Positions 26,226-37,238 are shown, counted from the stretch's first letter. The stretch is DNA of 64,000 nucleotides from Candidatus Peregrinibacteria bacterium (GCA_030688025.1 JAUYJL010000010.1:6814-70813); one strand, 5' to 3'. Numbers and translations are program-made. Notes: a model not told the origin generated them from the sequence alone.

Positions 26226-27095
26226 ATGACACACCTAATAAATACCAACTCACAAATCTGCTTCACAAAGAAAGATCTTCGTTTGAGTTTTCCAATGACC
26301 ACAGGCGCGTCAGTCCCCGCAAACACGCTCGATAGTCTCATTAAAAGAGCACTCAAGCAGGAAAAACTCTTACAACTCAAAAAAGGGCTCTACATGACGA
26401 GCACCTGTTATATCCATGAACCGGACAAGGCAAAACTTAGCGAGTATTTGGCCTCGCAAATCTATCAACCCTCATATATAAGCCTAGAATACGTACTCGA
26501 AAAATATCATCTGTTGTCGCGAACTACCTCATCGCCATCGGAATGCCCTGACGCATCTTTCGCCATAATCACACCAATCACCTCCATTACTCTGAAACCA
26601 ACCCACACTTTCAAAAACTTCTCGGGAACCTATCGCTACACAAACATAAAATCGGCGCTTTATATAGGGAACAATCAAACTCATGATGAAAATAATCTTC
26701 GTATATCGCACGATGACGAGATGAAAACGGAAAATAACACTTACCTTGGTTACAAGGAACACACATTTCACGGTCACACCTACCATATTGCAACAAAAGC
26801 AAAAGCCCTTTTCGACTACCTCTACATGAAATCAGACCTAAAGCGCAGAAATACAACACATTTACGGCGTCAGCTTTTCAAGGAGCCAAATCTCCAGCCA
26901 AACTCCGAATCAAATTTTCGATCCAATCTCAAATCAAATCTCCACTGGGCAAACTTTTCAGAAGAGGATTTCAAAGAATTCGAGCACCATGTCTGGCAAT
27001 CAAAGTCAAAAAAAATGATGAGAGTTTTAGACGTTATCGCCAAATATTTTGCAAATAAAAAATTCGATGCATGGAAAAAGGAGTTGTTGAGCTAA
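26226..27095 (+). CDS. AbiEi-like (type IV TA antitoxin) transcriptional regulator, orphan
   Basis: LKKGLY, PSYISLEYVL, ITSIT, IATKAKALFDYLY motifs; three low-complexity inserts. Confidence 0.8.
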   Translation: MTHLINTNSQICFTKKDLRLSFPMTTGASVPANTLDSLIKRALKQEKLLQLKKGLYMTSTCYIHEPDKAKLSEYLASQIYQPSYISLEYVLEKYHLLSRTTSSPSECPDASFAIITPITSITLKPTHTFKNFSGTYRYTNIKSALYIGNNQTHDENNLRISHDDEMKTENNTYLGYKEHTFHGHTYHIATKAKALFDYLYMKSDLKRRNTTHLRRQLFKEPNLQPNSESNFRSNLKSNLHWANFSEEDFKEFEHHVWQSKSKKMMRVLDVIAKYFANKKFDAWKKELLS

Positions 27096-27126
27096 ATAGC
27101 CGCCATTTTAAAATATTCTTACACAG

Positions 27127-27195
27127 AATTGTCTTTTATTTTAGAATTGATGCGTATATTGCACTAATTCCAAAATAAAAGACAACATATGCGAT
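27127..27195. repeat. 69-bp palindromic repeat, copy 2 (downstream of the AbiEi-like gene)
   Basis: Arms TTGTCTTTTATTTTAGAATT / AATTCCAAAATAAAAGACAA pair at 19/20. Confidence 0.85.
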
Positions 27196-27235
27196 AAAAT
27201 TGGATAAATATACACAAAGATTTTTCGTTCTCTGT

Positions 27236-27775
27236 TTACTTTAGCCTCATATACATAATATCCCGCTTGTTTCCCCCATATTTAAATTTCGTTTTCATTA
27301 CAATCATTCCTATTTTTTCAAGATTTTTATGACTTACTATATTGTCCGGCGAAACGGTACATAAAAGATGCAAGTAGCCCTTTTCTTTGGCTTCTTTAAG
27401 CATTACGTCATTCAAGATGTTTTGAAAATTATTCCCGCGAAAATCAGGATGAACCATTTGAATTTCAAGATGCGCAACCTTGTTTAATTCGTCCTTTGAC
27501 AAACCGATATCAACACCCAAATTATCTTCATCATTTCCCGGGAAATGCAATATACTGTAAGCGATCAATTCATTTTTATGAAAAATACCATAAACTGCCC
27601 CTTGTTTCACCTCCAAATGATTCGACAAAAATTGCTCACTTGCGGGAATTAGCAAAGTTTTATCCGGAAGTGATTCACAAACGAAATCCTGCAAATCTAA
27701 AATAGCCTGCAAATCAGGTTTCCTTAGTATTCGGAGTGCTACCCGTAAACCTTTCTTGGTCGTAAGTTTTTCCAT
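27236..27775 (-). CDS. GNAT family N-acetyltransferase
   Basis: VHPDFRGNNFQ acetyl-CoA motif; TVSPDNIVS. Confidence 0.88.
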   Translation of the reverse strand: MEKLTTKKGLRVALRILRKPDLQAILDLQDFVCESLPDKTLLIPASEQFLSNHLEVKQGAVYGIFHKNELIAYSILHFPGNDEDNLGVDIGLSKDELNKVAHLEIQMVHPDFRGNNFQNILNDVMLKEAKEKGYLHLLCTVSPDNIVSHKNLEKIGMIVMKTKFKYGGNKRDIMYMRLK

Positions 27776-27854
27776 TTATTTTTTGTCCTTCACGATACTG
27801 ACTGTCCACTTACCAGGCCTTCATATCGGCCCAATCGTATTCTAATGCAACTTC

Positions 27855-28886
27855 CTACCTCGTCGCCTTCAGTGGCGTTTTACTAACAGTCTGATGCTTC
27901 CTTTCCTCCAGTTTCCCCATCAATTTCTCAGCCCACTCTTCGTGCGCGTTGTACCACTCAAAAGTTTTTGCAATCCCTTCAGCGAAATCAACGGATGGCT
28001 TCCAGCCAAGCTCATTTTGCAACTTACCTGAATCAATCGCATAGCGACGATCATGAGCAAGTCTATCATTTACATAAGTGATAAGACTTTCATCTCTGCC
28101 CAAAAATTGAAGCAAAAATTTCGTAATTTCAAGATTCGTTTTTTCATTATTTCCTCCAACATTGTAAACCTCGCCAACGCGTCCCTTAGCCAAAATCATG
28201 TCAATCGCACGGCAATGATCGATAACATAAAGCCAATCTCTCACATTTTTCCCATCTCCATAAACCGGCACAGGCTTGTTTTCCGCAATCAGTCTGAAGA
28301 AATAGGGGACTAACTTTTCCGGAAATTGATAAGGACCGTAATTATTACTACATCTGCTGATAGTCACAGGCATTTGATAAGTCTCAAAATAGCTCCTCAC
28401 AAGTAAGTCCGCAGAGGCTTTTGAAGCCGCATAAGGACAATTTGGAGCGATAGGAGTGCTTTCGGTAAATAAATCTGTCGTATCAGTTCCAAGATCCCCG
28501 TAAACCTCATCAGTCGAAACTTGATGAAATCTCCTCACACAATTTAATCGAGAAGCATCAAGCACATTATGAGTTCCGACAATATTTGTAAGAACAAAAA
28601 TGCTAGGTCCGGTAATACTTCTGTCGACATGAGTTTCCGCCGCAAAATTCACGACAATATCAAATTTTTCTTTCTCAAAAAGCGCATCAATAAAAGCTTT
28701 ATCGACGATATCTCCTTGCACGAAATGAACACGAGGACTTTCCAAAAGATCGCTGATATTATCCAAATTTCCCGCATAAGTCAGTTTGTCCAAAACATAA
28801 ATTTCATCGTCAGGATAATTTTCAAATCTATAATGCACGAAATTACTTCCGATAAAACCAGCTCCTCCTGTAATTAATATTTTCAT
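27855..28886 (-). CDS. rfbB: dTDP-glucose 4,6-dehydratase
   Basis: TGGAGFIGSNF, DKLTYAGN, AAETHVDRSI, STDEVYG, YAASK motifs. Confidence 0.97.
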   Translation of the reverse strand: MKILITGGAGFIGSNFVHYRFENYPDDEIYVLDKLTYAGNLDNISDLLESPRVHFVQGDIVDKAFIDALFEKEKFDIVVNFAAETHVDRSITGPSIFVLTNIVGTHNVLDASRLNCVRRFHQVSTDEVYGDLGTDTTDLFTESTPIAPNCPYAASKASADLLVRSYFETYQMPVTISRCSNNYGPYQFPEKLVPYFFRLIAENKPVPVYGDGKNVRDWLYVIDHCRAIDMILAKGRVGEVYNVGGNNEKTNLEITKFLLQFLGRDESLITYVNDRLAHDRRYAIDSGKLQNELGWKPSVDFAEGIAKTFEWYNAHEEWAEKLMGKLEERKHQTVSKTPLKATR

Positions 28887-28898
28887 AATAATAATGCG

Positions 28899-29303
28899 TT
28901 ATTTTTCAAGACTTCCGACATACCCTACAAATTCATCCAAATCGTAGATGTAATCTTCCGCCACATAATTTACTGAAGAAATGGCCATAAGTACAGCATC
29001 AGGCGAAAAATCGTAAAAATCTCTGAAACACATTTCATTCATCAAAATCGCATCATCAGGACCCTGCAAAGAAAACTCGATCCACTTAACACCGTCATGT
29101 AATCTCGCTTTCACGGTTCCTTTTTGGCAAACATACAATTTTTTTTCATGTTTAACTGCATGTCCGCCCCTAGGCAAAGTGACATCAGTAAGGTAATAAA
29201 CACGCTTAGCCGCCCAATCGAAGTAATCTTTAAATTCAATAACCGTAAGATTGCCCCTTTCGTCTTTATGAGTTTTGAGTTTTATTTGTTCCGCTTTCGC
29301 CAT
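28899..29303 (-). CDS. FdtA/QdtA (WxcM-like) sugar 3,4-ketoisomerase cupin
   Basis: DERGNL, KRVYY, RGGHA motifs; adjacent to rfbB. Confidence 0.85.
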   Translation of the reverse strand: MAKAEQIKLKTHKDERGNLTVIEFKDYFDWAAKRVYYLTDVTLPRGGHAVKHEKKLYVCQKGTVKARLHDGVKWIEFSLQGPDDAILMNEMCFRDFYDFSPDAVLMAISSVNYVAEDYIYDLDEFVGYVGSLEK

Positions 29304-29312
29304 AATAAAAAT

Positions 29313-31484
29313 TTACACTGTTCGTATTTTCTTTTCTTGCCTGAAAGCTTCAAGGATATCACCGACCTCAAGAGCTATGTCTCCAACAAATTTTATTCCA
29401 CATTCATTTCCGGCTCCAATCTCACGCACAACTTCATCGACTTTTCGCAAAGATTCAAGAACTCCTGTTCCCACAACATTATCGGTTTCTTCTTTTGTAA
29501 CTCCACGAATAACGCGTAATTTTGCTTTACTCTCAAGCTTTCCGCTAGTGACTCTACATCCGATAACCATTTCCTTTTTCTTTGTAAGGAAAATCATCTT
29601 CACCTCAGCCCTTCCAATAATAACCTCAACAATCTCAGGATCAAGCAGTCCACTCAAAAGCTTCGTAACTTCTTCAAGCAAATTATAAATAATTGTATAT
29701 TTTCTTACCTCGACTCCTTCCCTTTCCGCAGTTTTTTCGACATAAGGAGAATCATAACCCGCATGAAAACCAATCACGATGCCCTTGCTCGCGGAAGCCA
29801 TAGTTATATCAGACTCTGTAATCGTTCCGACTCCACTGTGAATGATTTTAATAGCAACGTCGTCATTTTTTATCTTTGCCAAAGACTGTTTAATGGCTTC
29901 AAGAGAACCTTTTGTGTCGGCCTTAAGTACGATTTTCAAAATCTTATCCGACTTAATCCTAGAAATAATTTGCCCTATCGCAGATCCTTTTTCTTCATCT
30001 AGTTTTTTTGTAATCATTCCAATTTCCTCGGCTTTTTGTTTAGCCATTTTCTCATCTTTCACAACTTGCAAAATATCTCCGCTCACAGGCGTCGATGAAA
30101 GTCCCGCAATTCGCACAGGAGTTGAAGGGTTCGCAAGCCTTATAGGTTTTCCATTATAATCACGCATCAATTTAATTCTTCCATGAGAATTTCCGATAAC
30201 CACATTGTCCATAAGTCGAAGCGTTCCTGTATTTACAAGAACTGTAGCGACAGGCCCGAGACTGTGATCCAAATGCGCTTCTACCACTGTGCCAACCGCT
30301 TCACGATCATAATTTGCCTTCAAATCCAACATGTCGGCGGTTAACAGAATCATATCAAGCAAATCATCAATTCCTTGTTTTGCCAAAGCTGAAACCGGAA
30401 CGATTACAGTATCTCCGCCCCAATCCTCAGGTTGAAGTCCATGTTCAGCAAGTTCACCTTTTACTCTGTCAGGATTAACATTTGGTTTATCCATCTTATT
30501 CATCGCAACAATAATAGGCACACCGGCTTCTTTCGCATGATTTATAGCTTCAATTGTTTGAGGTTTAACTCCTTCATCAGCCGCAACAACAAGTACTGCA
30601 ATATCGGTAACCTTAGCTCCACGAGCTCTCATCGCTGTAAAAGCTTCATGCCCAGGAGTATCCAGAAAAGTAATAAGTTTTCCTTTTTTTACAACTTGGT
30701 AAGCTCCGATGTGCTGAGTGATTCCTCCGGATTCACCAGAAACCACATCTGTAGAACGAATCGCATCCAGAAGTTTTGTCTTTCCATGATCAACGTGTCC
30801 CATGACACAAACAACAGGAGGGCGCGTTTTAAGAACACTACTGTCATCCTCTTTAAGAAGATTGGAAATATTCCCGGCCATAAGCTCTTCAGCAGAGGCG
30901 GCAGCTCTAATTCTCTTAAGTTTTATTCCAACATCATCAGCAATAATTTGCGCGGTATCAAAATCAATTTCTTGATTTATGTTTGCGCGTATCCCGTTTT
31001 TCATCAATTCTCCGATAATCTTCGCAATCTTTATTCCGGTCTTCTCCGCAAATTCTTTTACAGTAATAAAATCTGAAATTTCGACAAAATCTTTTGCCAC
31101 AACAGGTTGCACAGGCTTATCGGCCCATGATTTTTTACTGGTATCCTTGCCGGCCATTTTCTTTCTTTGGCTTTTTACAATCTCTCTTTCCCTTTCTTCC
31201 GCAATAATTTCATCATAAAGCTCCGCAACGTCGCGTGGCGCTTTATTTACCTCAAGCAAATCTTCATTTTCTGGCGAAACATCTTTCACAGGCACTTTTA
31301 CATCTTTCTCGTATTCCGCAACATCATTATTTTTCTTGAGTTCGTCTATTACGATTTCCGCAATATCATCATCAATCACCCTAGCCTTAGGGGAAACACC
31401 TGAACCAAGTTCAATCAATTTTTCTCTAAGTTCTTTTGTCGTAATGCCCAATTTTTCTGCGAGATCGCTTAGTTTTGTTGACAT
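29313..31484 (-). CDS. infB: Translation initiation factor IF-2
   Basis: [38 protein letters not shown] motifs. Confidence 0.98.
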   Translation of the reverse strand: MSTKLSDLAEKLGITTKELREKLIELGSGVSPKARVIDDDIAEIVIDELKKNNDVAEYEKDVKVPVKDVSPENEDLLEVNKAPRDVAELYDEIIAEEREREIVKSQRKKMAGKDTSKKSWADKPVQPVVAKDFVEISDFITVKEFAEKTGIKIAKIIGELMKNGIRANINQEIDFDTAQIIADDVGIKLKRIRAAASAEELMAGNISNLLKEDDSSVLKTRPPVVCVMGHVDHGKTKLLDAIRSTDVVSGESGGITQHIGAYQVVKKGKLITFLDTPGHEAFTAMRARGAKVTDIAVLVVAADEGVKPQTIEAINHAKEAGVPIIVAMNKMDKPNVNPDRVKGELAEHGLQPEDWGGDTVIVPVSALAKQGIDDLLDMILLTADMLDLKANYDREAVGTVVEAHLDHSLGPVATVLVNTGTLRLMDNVVIGNSHGRIKLMRDYNGKPIRLANPSTPVRIAGLSSTPVSGDILQVVKDEKMAKQKAEEIGMITKKLDEEKGSAIGQIISRIKSDKILKIVLKADTKGSLEAIKQSLAKIKNDDVAIKIIHSGVGTITESDITMASASKGIVIGFHAGYDSPYVEKTAEREGVEVRKYTIIYNLLEEVTKLLSGLLDPEIVEVIIGRAEVKMIFLTKKKEMVIGCRVTSGKLESKAKLRVIRGVTKEETDNVVGTGVLESLRKVDEVVREIGAGNECGIKFVGDIALEVGDILEAFRQEKKIRTV

Positions 31485-31529
31485 AGTTGTCTTAAGCTGT
31501 AAAAATCGTAAGCAGTTTATACTAAAAGC

Positions 31530-32627
31530 ATGGAAGTTGCAATTCTCATTATAGGCTTAAGCATATTAGGAGTTTTGGGTTTTCTCGCGTACACAAAAAT
31601 CGCAGTACCAAAGGAAAATACCGACGACGCCATGCTCTTGCAGTACATAGATTCTTTGCGTAAAGAAATCCGCGATGTAGGCAGTCAAACAAGGAAGGAA
31701 ACAGAGGATCGACTCGACAAAATCAATGAAAGAATCGCTAGGGGACTGGAACACTCGTCTACAACCCTACAAAAACAATTTTCCGAAAGTGCGGTTTTGA
31801 TAAAAAGTGTGACCGAAAAACTTACAAAATTGGACGAAACAAATAAGCAAGTTTTAGGATTTTCTGAACAAATGCAGAGCTTGGAAAATATTTTAAAAAA
31901 TCCAAAACAAAGAGGAATTTTGGGGGAATATTTTTTGGAAAGTTTGCTATCACAAGTTTTCCAGCCAAACCAATATAAAATCCAATACAAATTTTCAAAC
32001 GGAGAAATAGTAGACGCGGCGGTTTTCATGCAAGATAAAGTTATTCCTATTGATGCAAAATTCTCGCTCGAAAAATATAACAAAATCATGGAGGAAAAAG
32101 ACGAAACTAAGCGAGAACAATTGGAAAAAGAATTCAAGATGGATGTCAAAAACAGGATCGATGAAACCGCAAAATATATTCGTCCAAAAGAAAACACGAT
32201 GGATTTCGCATTTATGTTTATTCCGGCTGAAGGAATTTACTATAATCTCTTGATCTACAAGGTTGGAACGCTTGATGTAAACGCAAATGACCTTATCGAA
32301 TACGCATTCAAGAAAAAAGTAATAATAGTTTCGCCGATATCATTTTTTGCTTATTTACAAACAGTTCTTGAGGGAATGAAAAACGTGAAAATGCAGGAAT
32401 CCATGGGGGAAATCAAAAAAAACATAGAAGACTTGGGGCGACACTTAAACAGCTACGAAACATTTGTCCAGAAAATGGGAAACAGCCTTGGAACAACAGT
32501 AAATATGTACAACAGTGCGCATAAAGAATTCAAAAAAATAGACAAAGATATATATAAAATAACAGATGGAGCGGAGGGCGGAAAACTTGAGCCATTTCTT
32601 ATAGACAAACCACAAGTTACGGATTAA
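31530..32627 (+). CDS. rmuC: DNA recombination protein RmuC
   Basis: N-terminal TM, coiled coil, KQRGILGE, IDAKF, FAFMFIPAEG. Confidence 0.92.
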   Translation: MEVAILIIGLSILGVLGFLAYTKIAVPKENTDDAMLLQYIDSLRKEIRDVGSQTRKETEDRLDKINERIARGLEHSSTTLQKQFSESAVLIKSVTEKLTKLDETNKQVLGFSEQMQSLENILKNPKQRGILGEYFLESLLSQVFQPNQYKIQYKFSNGEIVDAAVFMQDKVIPIDAKFSLEKYNKIMEEKDETKREQLEKEFKMDVKNRIDETAKYIRPKENTMDFAFMFIPAEGIYYNLLIYKVGTLDVNANDLIEYAFKKKVIIVSPISFFAYLQTVLEGMKNVKMQESMGEIKKNIEDLGRHLNSYETFVQKMGNSLGTTVNMYNSAHKEFKKIDKDIYKITDGAEGGKLEPFLIDKPQVTD

Positions 32628-32636
32628 AATCAAAAC

Positions 32637-33125
32637 ATGGAAGTAAGAACAAAAGCTTTGGTATCAGTACTACTGGGAGGAGCCGTGATCGGAGGAGTAT
32701 ACTTATTCTCAGCAAATAATTCAGCATTATTCAAAGGTCAAATTTTCAATGATAACACTGCTAAAACAGAAAACACAGTGGAAGTTCTCCCTGATTTAAG
32801 GGCAAAACTTGAAGTGATGCCGCCTGCAAGCGAACAAGAAGACATCAAAGCAAATGTAACAATAGAAAATGCCGGAGAAGGAGGCCTGTCCGGTGAAATT
32901 CCATTCAAATACACGCTTTATATAAATGATACGGAAGTTTTCACAAACTCAGATTCTTACACAGAAATGGCAAAAGGAGATTCTTTCTCATTCACATATC
33001 CAATTCCACGAGCAATATACAACTACGGCAAAAAAGGCACAGTCGTAATAAAAATCGACACAGACAACACGATCAAAGAATCAAACGAAAACAACAATGA
33101 GGTTGTTGTTAATTATAGTCTTTAA
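32637..33125 (+). CDS. Membrane-anchored CARDB/Ig-like domain protein
   Basis: N-terminal TM; PDL...VTIENAG...IDTDNTIKESNENNN. Confidence 0.8.
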   Translation: MEVRTKALVSVLLGGAVIGGVYLFSANNSALFKGQIFNDNTAKTENTVEVLPDLRAKLEVMPPASEQEDIKANVTIENAGEGGLSGEIPFKYTLYINDTEVFTNSDSYTEMAKGDSFSFTYPIPRAIYNYGKKGTVVIKIDTDNTIKESNENNNEVVVNYSL

Positions 33126-33221
33126 ATAGACGTTGACAAAATTGGATTTCGAGATGTATTTTAACCTCCAATAGATGGATAGGACTTTTCACTGAACAAT
33201 TCAAATTTAACTAAATTTACA

Positions 33222-34202
33222 ATGGAAAATAATAAACCTGAATGCAGATATACTGATAAAGGCGAAGAACAAAACCTGCCAAAAGATGTAGTTGGCGCAG
33301 TAGAAAGAAAACTTCGGGAAGGCGATAGTTTCGCTCCAAGAACTACAGATGCACATGAATTTGTTTCAGCAGTGGAGGAGGCATCAAAAACCTTTCAGCT
33401 AAGAACTCAAGTAGCAACATCTCCATCTGTCGAGGCAACAGAAATACCAACTCCAAAAAATCAAGGTCCGCTGATCCTTCAAAGCAAAAGTCCACACACA
33501 CCTGAGCACAAGAAATATCTTGAAACAACAATACAAACAGCACTGCCAAGCGTAAGAAAAGCTTTCATGAATGCAAGGATTGAAATTCCGACAGACAACG
33601 AAATTCTACAAGCAATGATTATGACAAATCGTTTTACTCGTGACCAAATAGAGGAATTGATTAGAAATATACAAGTTCCTGGACTTGTAGTTTTGCCTCC
33701 TGAAATGCAGTCATTCGAATCTTATGTAGGGTTTTTGAATGCAAACGAAAAAAGACGAGGACAATACGGTGTTTCCACCAGCGATAGCCGGAAAACAGCA
33801 TTTTCTGAGCAAGATAAAGCACTAATAGAGGAAAGAAAAGGACAACCTGCGCAGTATAAGTTTGGAATAGGGGAAATGATGCAAGAACCTCAAAATAGAC
33901 AAGGAAAACTTAGAGATATAGTCGAAAAATGGGAAGGCAGTGCTTTGGCAAAACAAACAAGAACAGCAACACCAAGAGAATATGCTGTGCTACAAGCGCA
34001 AGCCAAAGATCTATTGGACTTGAACGGATGGACGATGCTATCTGAAGAAAATGCTCCACACAAAATAATAGGAGATGACAATCTTGTCTCCGGTGCCAAT
34101 GGCCGCAACGCTTGGCTTGATGACGATAGGGTCAGTTTCGTTGGGTACAGTCCAGGGAATGCTTACCGTTACGCCCGTGTTCGTCCCGTGGTGGTGGGGT
34201 AA
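33222..34202 (+). CDS. Hypothetical protein with a probable C-terminal DGR variable region (C-type lectin-like)
   Basis: C-terminus ...VSFVGYSPGNAYRYARVRPVVVG; abrupt A-poor, NNY-codon-rich 3' end. Confidence 0.7.
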   Translation: MENNKPECRYTDKGEEQNLPKDVVGAVERKLREGDSFAPRTTDAHEFVSAVEEASKTFQLRTQVATSPSVEATEIPTPKNQGPLILQSKSPHTPEHKKYLETTIQTALPSVRKAFMNARIEIPTDNEILQAMIMTNRFTRDQIEELIRNIQVPGLVVLPPEMQSFESYVGFLNANEKRRGQYGVSTSDSRKTAFSEQDKALIEERKGQPAQYKFGIGEMMQEPQNRQGKLRDIVEKWEGSALAKQTRTATPREYAVLQAQAKDLLDLNGWTMLSEENAPHKIIGDDNLVSGANGRNAWLDDDRVSFVGYSPGNAYRYARVRPVVVG

Positions 34203-34235
34203 ATTGAATTTTGAGATTTGACTTTTCCCTCACGA

Positions 34236-37200
34236 CTAAACCGCCGGACAAATCATCCTGTAGTCGCAGAAGCCGCATAGTTTTTCATTTGGCGTAGCAT
34301 CGAAATTCGAAGCTTTAATCTCTTCTATTTTTGCTTTTATTTCATCAGCAAGTTCATTTATTTGATCATCACTTCTAGTCGTAGAAATTTTTTCATTCGC
34401 GTCCAAGAAATAAAGCGAAAGTTTCGAAACATTAATCTTGAATAAATCTCTACAAACCATCGCATAAATAGACAATTGAAGATGTTTTTTTATATTCAAA
34501 TCACTGTGTATTGAGCCGGTTTTATAATCGATAACCTCGTAAGTGCCATCTGGAAGACGATCAATCCTATCGATACGACCACTCAACATATATTCACCGA
34601 TTCTCAGATTAAAAGATCTCTCAAGAAATTCAGGTATTGTCCACGGATTTGAGTTCGCATCATAATATCTTTTTAGCATCTCAAGCCCCTTTTTCTTTTT
34701 TGTATTTTCTTGCATTACGCTGTCGTATCCTTCGGGATTCCAATTTTTCAAATATAATTCTTCCATAACAGAAAATGGCAAATCTCTCTCCTTTATAAGT
34801 TTCTGATAAAACTGATTCAAGGTTTCATGCACACTGCTACCAAAATTGGTTACATGCGAAGTCGGAGTCGGAATTTTTAAAAGATAAGAATAATTATATT
34901 TCAATGGACACACGCCAAATGAATCCAATTGAGAATAACTGATTCTTTTTTTATTAAACTTCGGTAGATCAAAAATCTTCGTAGCTTTCATGTTTAATTT
35001 TTTCAAACTTTCTATCGGATCAACAGTAGGCTGATACTCAATCTGCTCAACGCTAAGCGACCCATGACTACGTGTAGGAGATTCCACTTTTTGATTCGTA
35101 TCCTTTTTCAAAGATCTCTTGGATTCAGGGCGACCACTCTCGCACCCCAAAATCTCATCCACGAAAACAGACCTTTTCCAAAGCTTATTCCCCTCGTATT
35201 TATCGCTGTACGTAATGTGAAGGCCCTTTCTAGCGCGAGTCATGGCAACATACATAAGTCGACGCTCTTCCTGCATGTGAACGTCTCCTTCGCTGTAAAT
35301 CTCAGTTGTAAGCTCTTCGGGAACCGTGAAAGTATCTCTGCGATTTGTTCCGGGAAATCTCGTATTCACCATACTTCCAAGAAAAACATAATCAAATTCA
35401 AGTCCTTTACTTCCGTGAGTTGTCAAAATCTGCACTGCTTCACGCGAAACTTGATCCTCCCTATACGTCATCGGATAATCCGATTCCTCCAAAAGTTCGA
35501 TATATGAGCGAAAATCCGCCACGGAATTATTTTGATTATCTTTTTCAAACGCAGAAACGTTTTTTGCGAATTCATTGATATTGTAGACCTCTTCGAATTT
35601 TTCATTTTGAAGCAAATATTCGAGATGTCCGGATTTCATCAGAAATTCATTTATTGTAAGTCCGACGCTGTTTTTCTTTGAAAACTCGATTAGATGCGCG
35701 AAAAGTTCATATATTTTTTTGAAATTACTTTCCATTCCGGGCAAAACTTCGTTGTTTTCTTCGGCAAGTCTTTTTAATGCCACAACCAAATGTTTTTTTA
35801 CAGGACTATTTATGATGGATAAAATTTCACGCATAGGAATAGCAAAAACGTCACATTTCAAAATTCGAAGTAACGAAACATCATCATAAGGATTTGAAAG
35901 GAATTTTACGACCGCGACCAAATCTTTTATCTCAGGTAGATGTAAAAGTCCTTTCGGATCGTTTACGTGATAAGGGATTCCCGCGGACTTTAGCGCATCA
36001 ATAAAAGGATTCGTCAGTCTGTTCGTGCGAACCAAAATCGCGAAAGAAGAGTAGGGAAGTCCTTCCTCTTTTTGCAAACCGGCGATTTTCTCCGCTACAA
36101 ATTCCGCTTCGTTTAAATAATATTGAAAATGATGTACGTGAACTTTTTCATCTCTACGCCCCGAACCATTATCGAGAACATGCTGAACAACAGACTCCCC
36201 TGCATCAACTTTATCACTTTTTCTGTGCCGCAGGGACTTATCACCAGTATTTGAATGTAATCTCTTCGTTATGTTTGATTTTACCTCGAGCCTATCCGGA
36301 TTATTGTTTTGTATAAGGGCATAAGCGCTATCGAGAATATTTTGTGAACTTCTGTAATTTTCAATCAAAACAACTTTCTCCGTCTCAGGAAAAAATTTCT
36401 CAAATTGCAAAATATTACTAAGACTCGCGCCTCGCCATTTATAAATACTTTGATCGTCATCTCCGACAACGGTGATATTTTTATGCTCTTCGCAGAGCAT
36501 TCGAACGAGTTTAAATTGCGCGTAATTCGTATCTTGGAACTCATCCACAAAAATATATTTAAATCTTTCTCGATATTCTTTCAGCACACTTTTTCTCGTT
36601 TCAAAAAGTCGTATCGCGTACATCGTAAGATCTCCAAAATCTAAATAATTATTTTGAATCAAAAGTTCCTGATATTTTTTGTAAGCATTTGCGACCTCAA
36701 GATTTTTTTTGCGAATTTCCTCTTCTTCAGGATTTTTCACTTCAAGTTTTTCCGCCCATTCAATATATTTTTCAGGAGTAATCAATTCGTCTTTTAATTT
36801 GCTGAAATGCGTCAATAAATCCGAAATAAATTTATTTGGATTCCCGAGTGGTCGATAATAATTAAGTTCAAAAGTATACAAATTTTTCTTAAAGAAAAAC
36901 CATTGTTCTTCTTTTGTAAGAATTTTATACGAAGTGTCGAGACCGATCTCAAGTCCCGACTCGCGCAAAATCTGCTCCGAAAACGAATGGAAAGTTTTCA
37001 CGCAAATTTCCTCATAACCAAAAGGCATTTCTTGGTCTATGCGCTCAATCATTTCGGTCGTAGCCTTCTCCGTAAAAGTCAGCGCCAAAATCTCGCTCGC
37101 CTTATACACGCCACTGTTTATCAAATGCAAAATACTCGAAGTAATCACACGAGTTTTCCCTGTTCCAGCTCCCGCAATTATCAAAAGTGGTCCTTTTGTA

Positions 37201-37238
37201 TGATCTATCGCTTTTTTCTGCTCTGCATTAAAATCCAT
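34236..37238 (-). CDS. UvrD/PcrA-family helicase fused to a PD-(D/E)XK nuclease with Fe-S cysteines (AddA/AdnA-like)
   Basis: AGAGTGKT, VDEFQD, VGDDDQSIY, NYRS, HGSKGLEF, YVAMTRA; GRIDRID...IDYKTG; C...CxxC...C. Confidence 0.93.
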   Translation of the reverse strand: MDFNAEQKKAIDHTKGPLLIIAGAGTGKTRVITSSILHLINSGVYKASEILALTFTEKATTEMIERIDQEMPFGYEEICVKTFHSFSEQILRESGLEIGLDTSYKILTKEEQWFFFKKNLYTFELNYYRPLGNPNKFISDLLTHFSKLKDELITPEKYIEWAEKLEVKNPEEEEIRKKNLEVANAYKKYQELLIQNNYLDFGDLTMYAIRLFETRKSVLKEYRERFKYIFVDEFQDTNYAQFKLVRMLCEEHKNITVVGDDDQSIYKWRGASLSNILQFEKFFPETEKVVLIENYRSSQNILDSAYALIQNNNPDRLEVKSNITKRLHSNTGDKSLRHRKSDKVDAGESVVQHVLDNGSGRRDEKVHVHHFQYYLNEAEFVAEKIAGLQKEEGLPYSSFAILVRTNRLTNPFIDALKSAGIPYHVNDPKGLLHLPEIKDLVAVVKFLSNPYDDVSLLRILKCDVFAIPMREILSIINSPVKKHLVVALKRLAEENNEVLPGMESNFKKIYELFAHLIEFSKKNSVGLTINEFLMKSGHLEYLLQNEKFEEVYNINEFAKNVSAFEKDNQNNSVADFRSYIELLEESDYPMTYREDQVSREAVQILTTHGSKGLEFDYVFLGSMVNTRFPGTNRRDTFTVPEELTTEIYSEGDVHMQEERRLMYVAMTRARKGLHITYSDKYEGNKLWKRSVFVDEILGCESGRPESKRSLKKDTNQKVESPTRSHGSLSVEQIEYQPTVDPIESLKKLNMKATKIFDLPKFNKKRISYSQLDSFGVCPLKYNYSYLLKIPTPTSHVTNFGSSVHETLNQFYQKLIKERDLPFSVMEELYLKNWNPEGYDSVMQENTKKKKGLEMLKRYYDANSNPWTIPEFLERSFNLRIGEYMLSGRIDRIDRLPDGTYEVIDYKTGSIHSDLNIKKHLQLSIYAMVCRDLFKINVSKLSLYFLDANEKISTTRSDDQINELADEIKAKIEEIKASNFDATPNEKLCGFCDYRMICPAV

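Noticed and set aside
27776-27854. Possible riboswitch upstream of the GNAT gene
   Set aside because: Only short GGCC/GGCC pairing; no recognisable aptamer consensus or expression platform.
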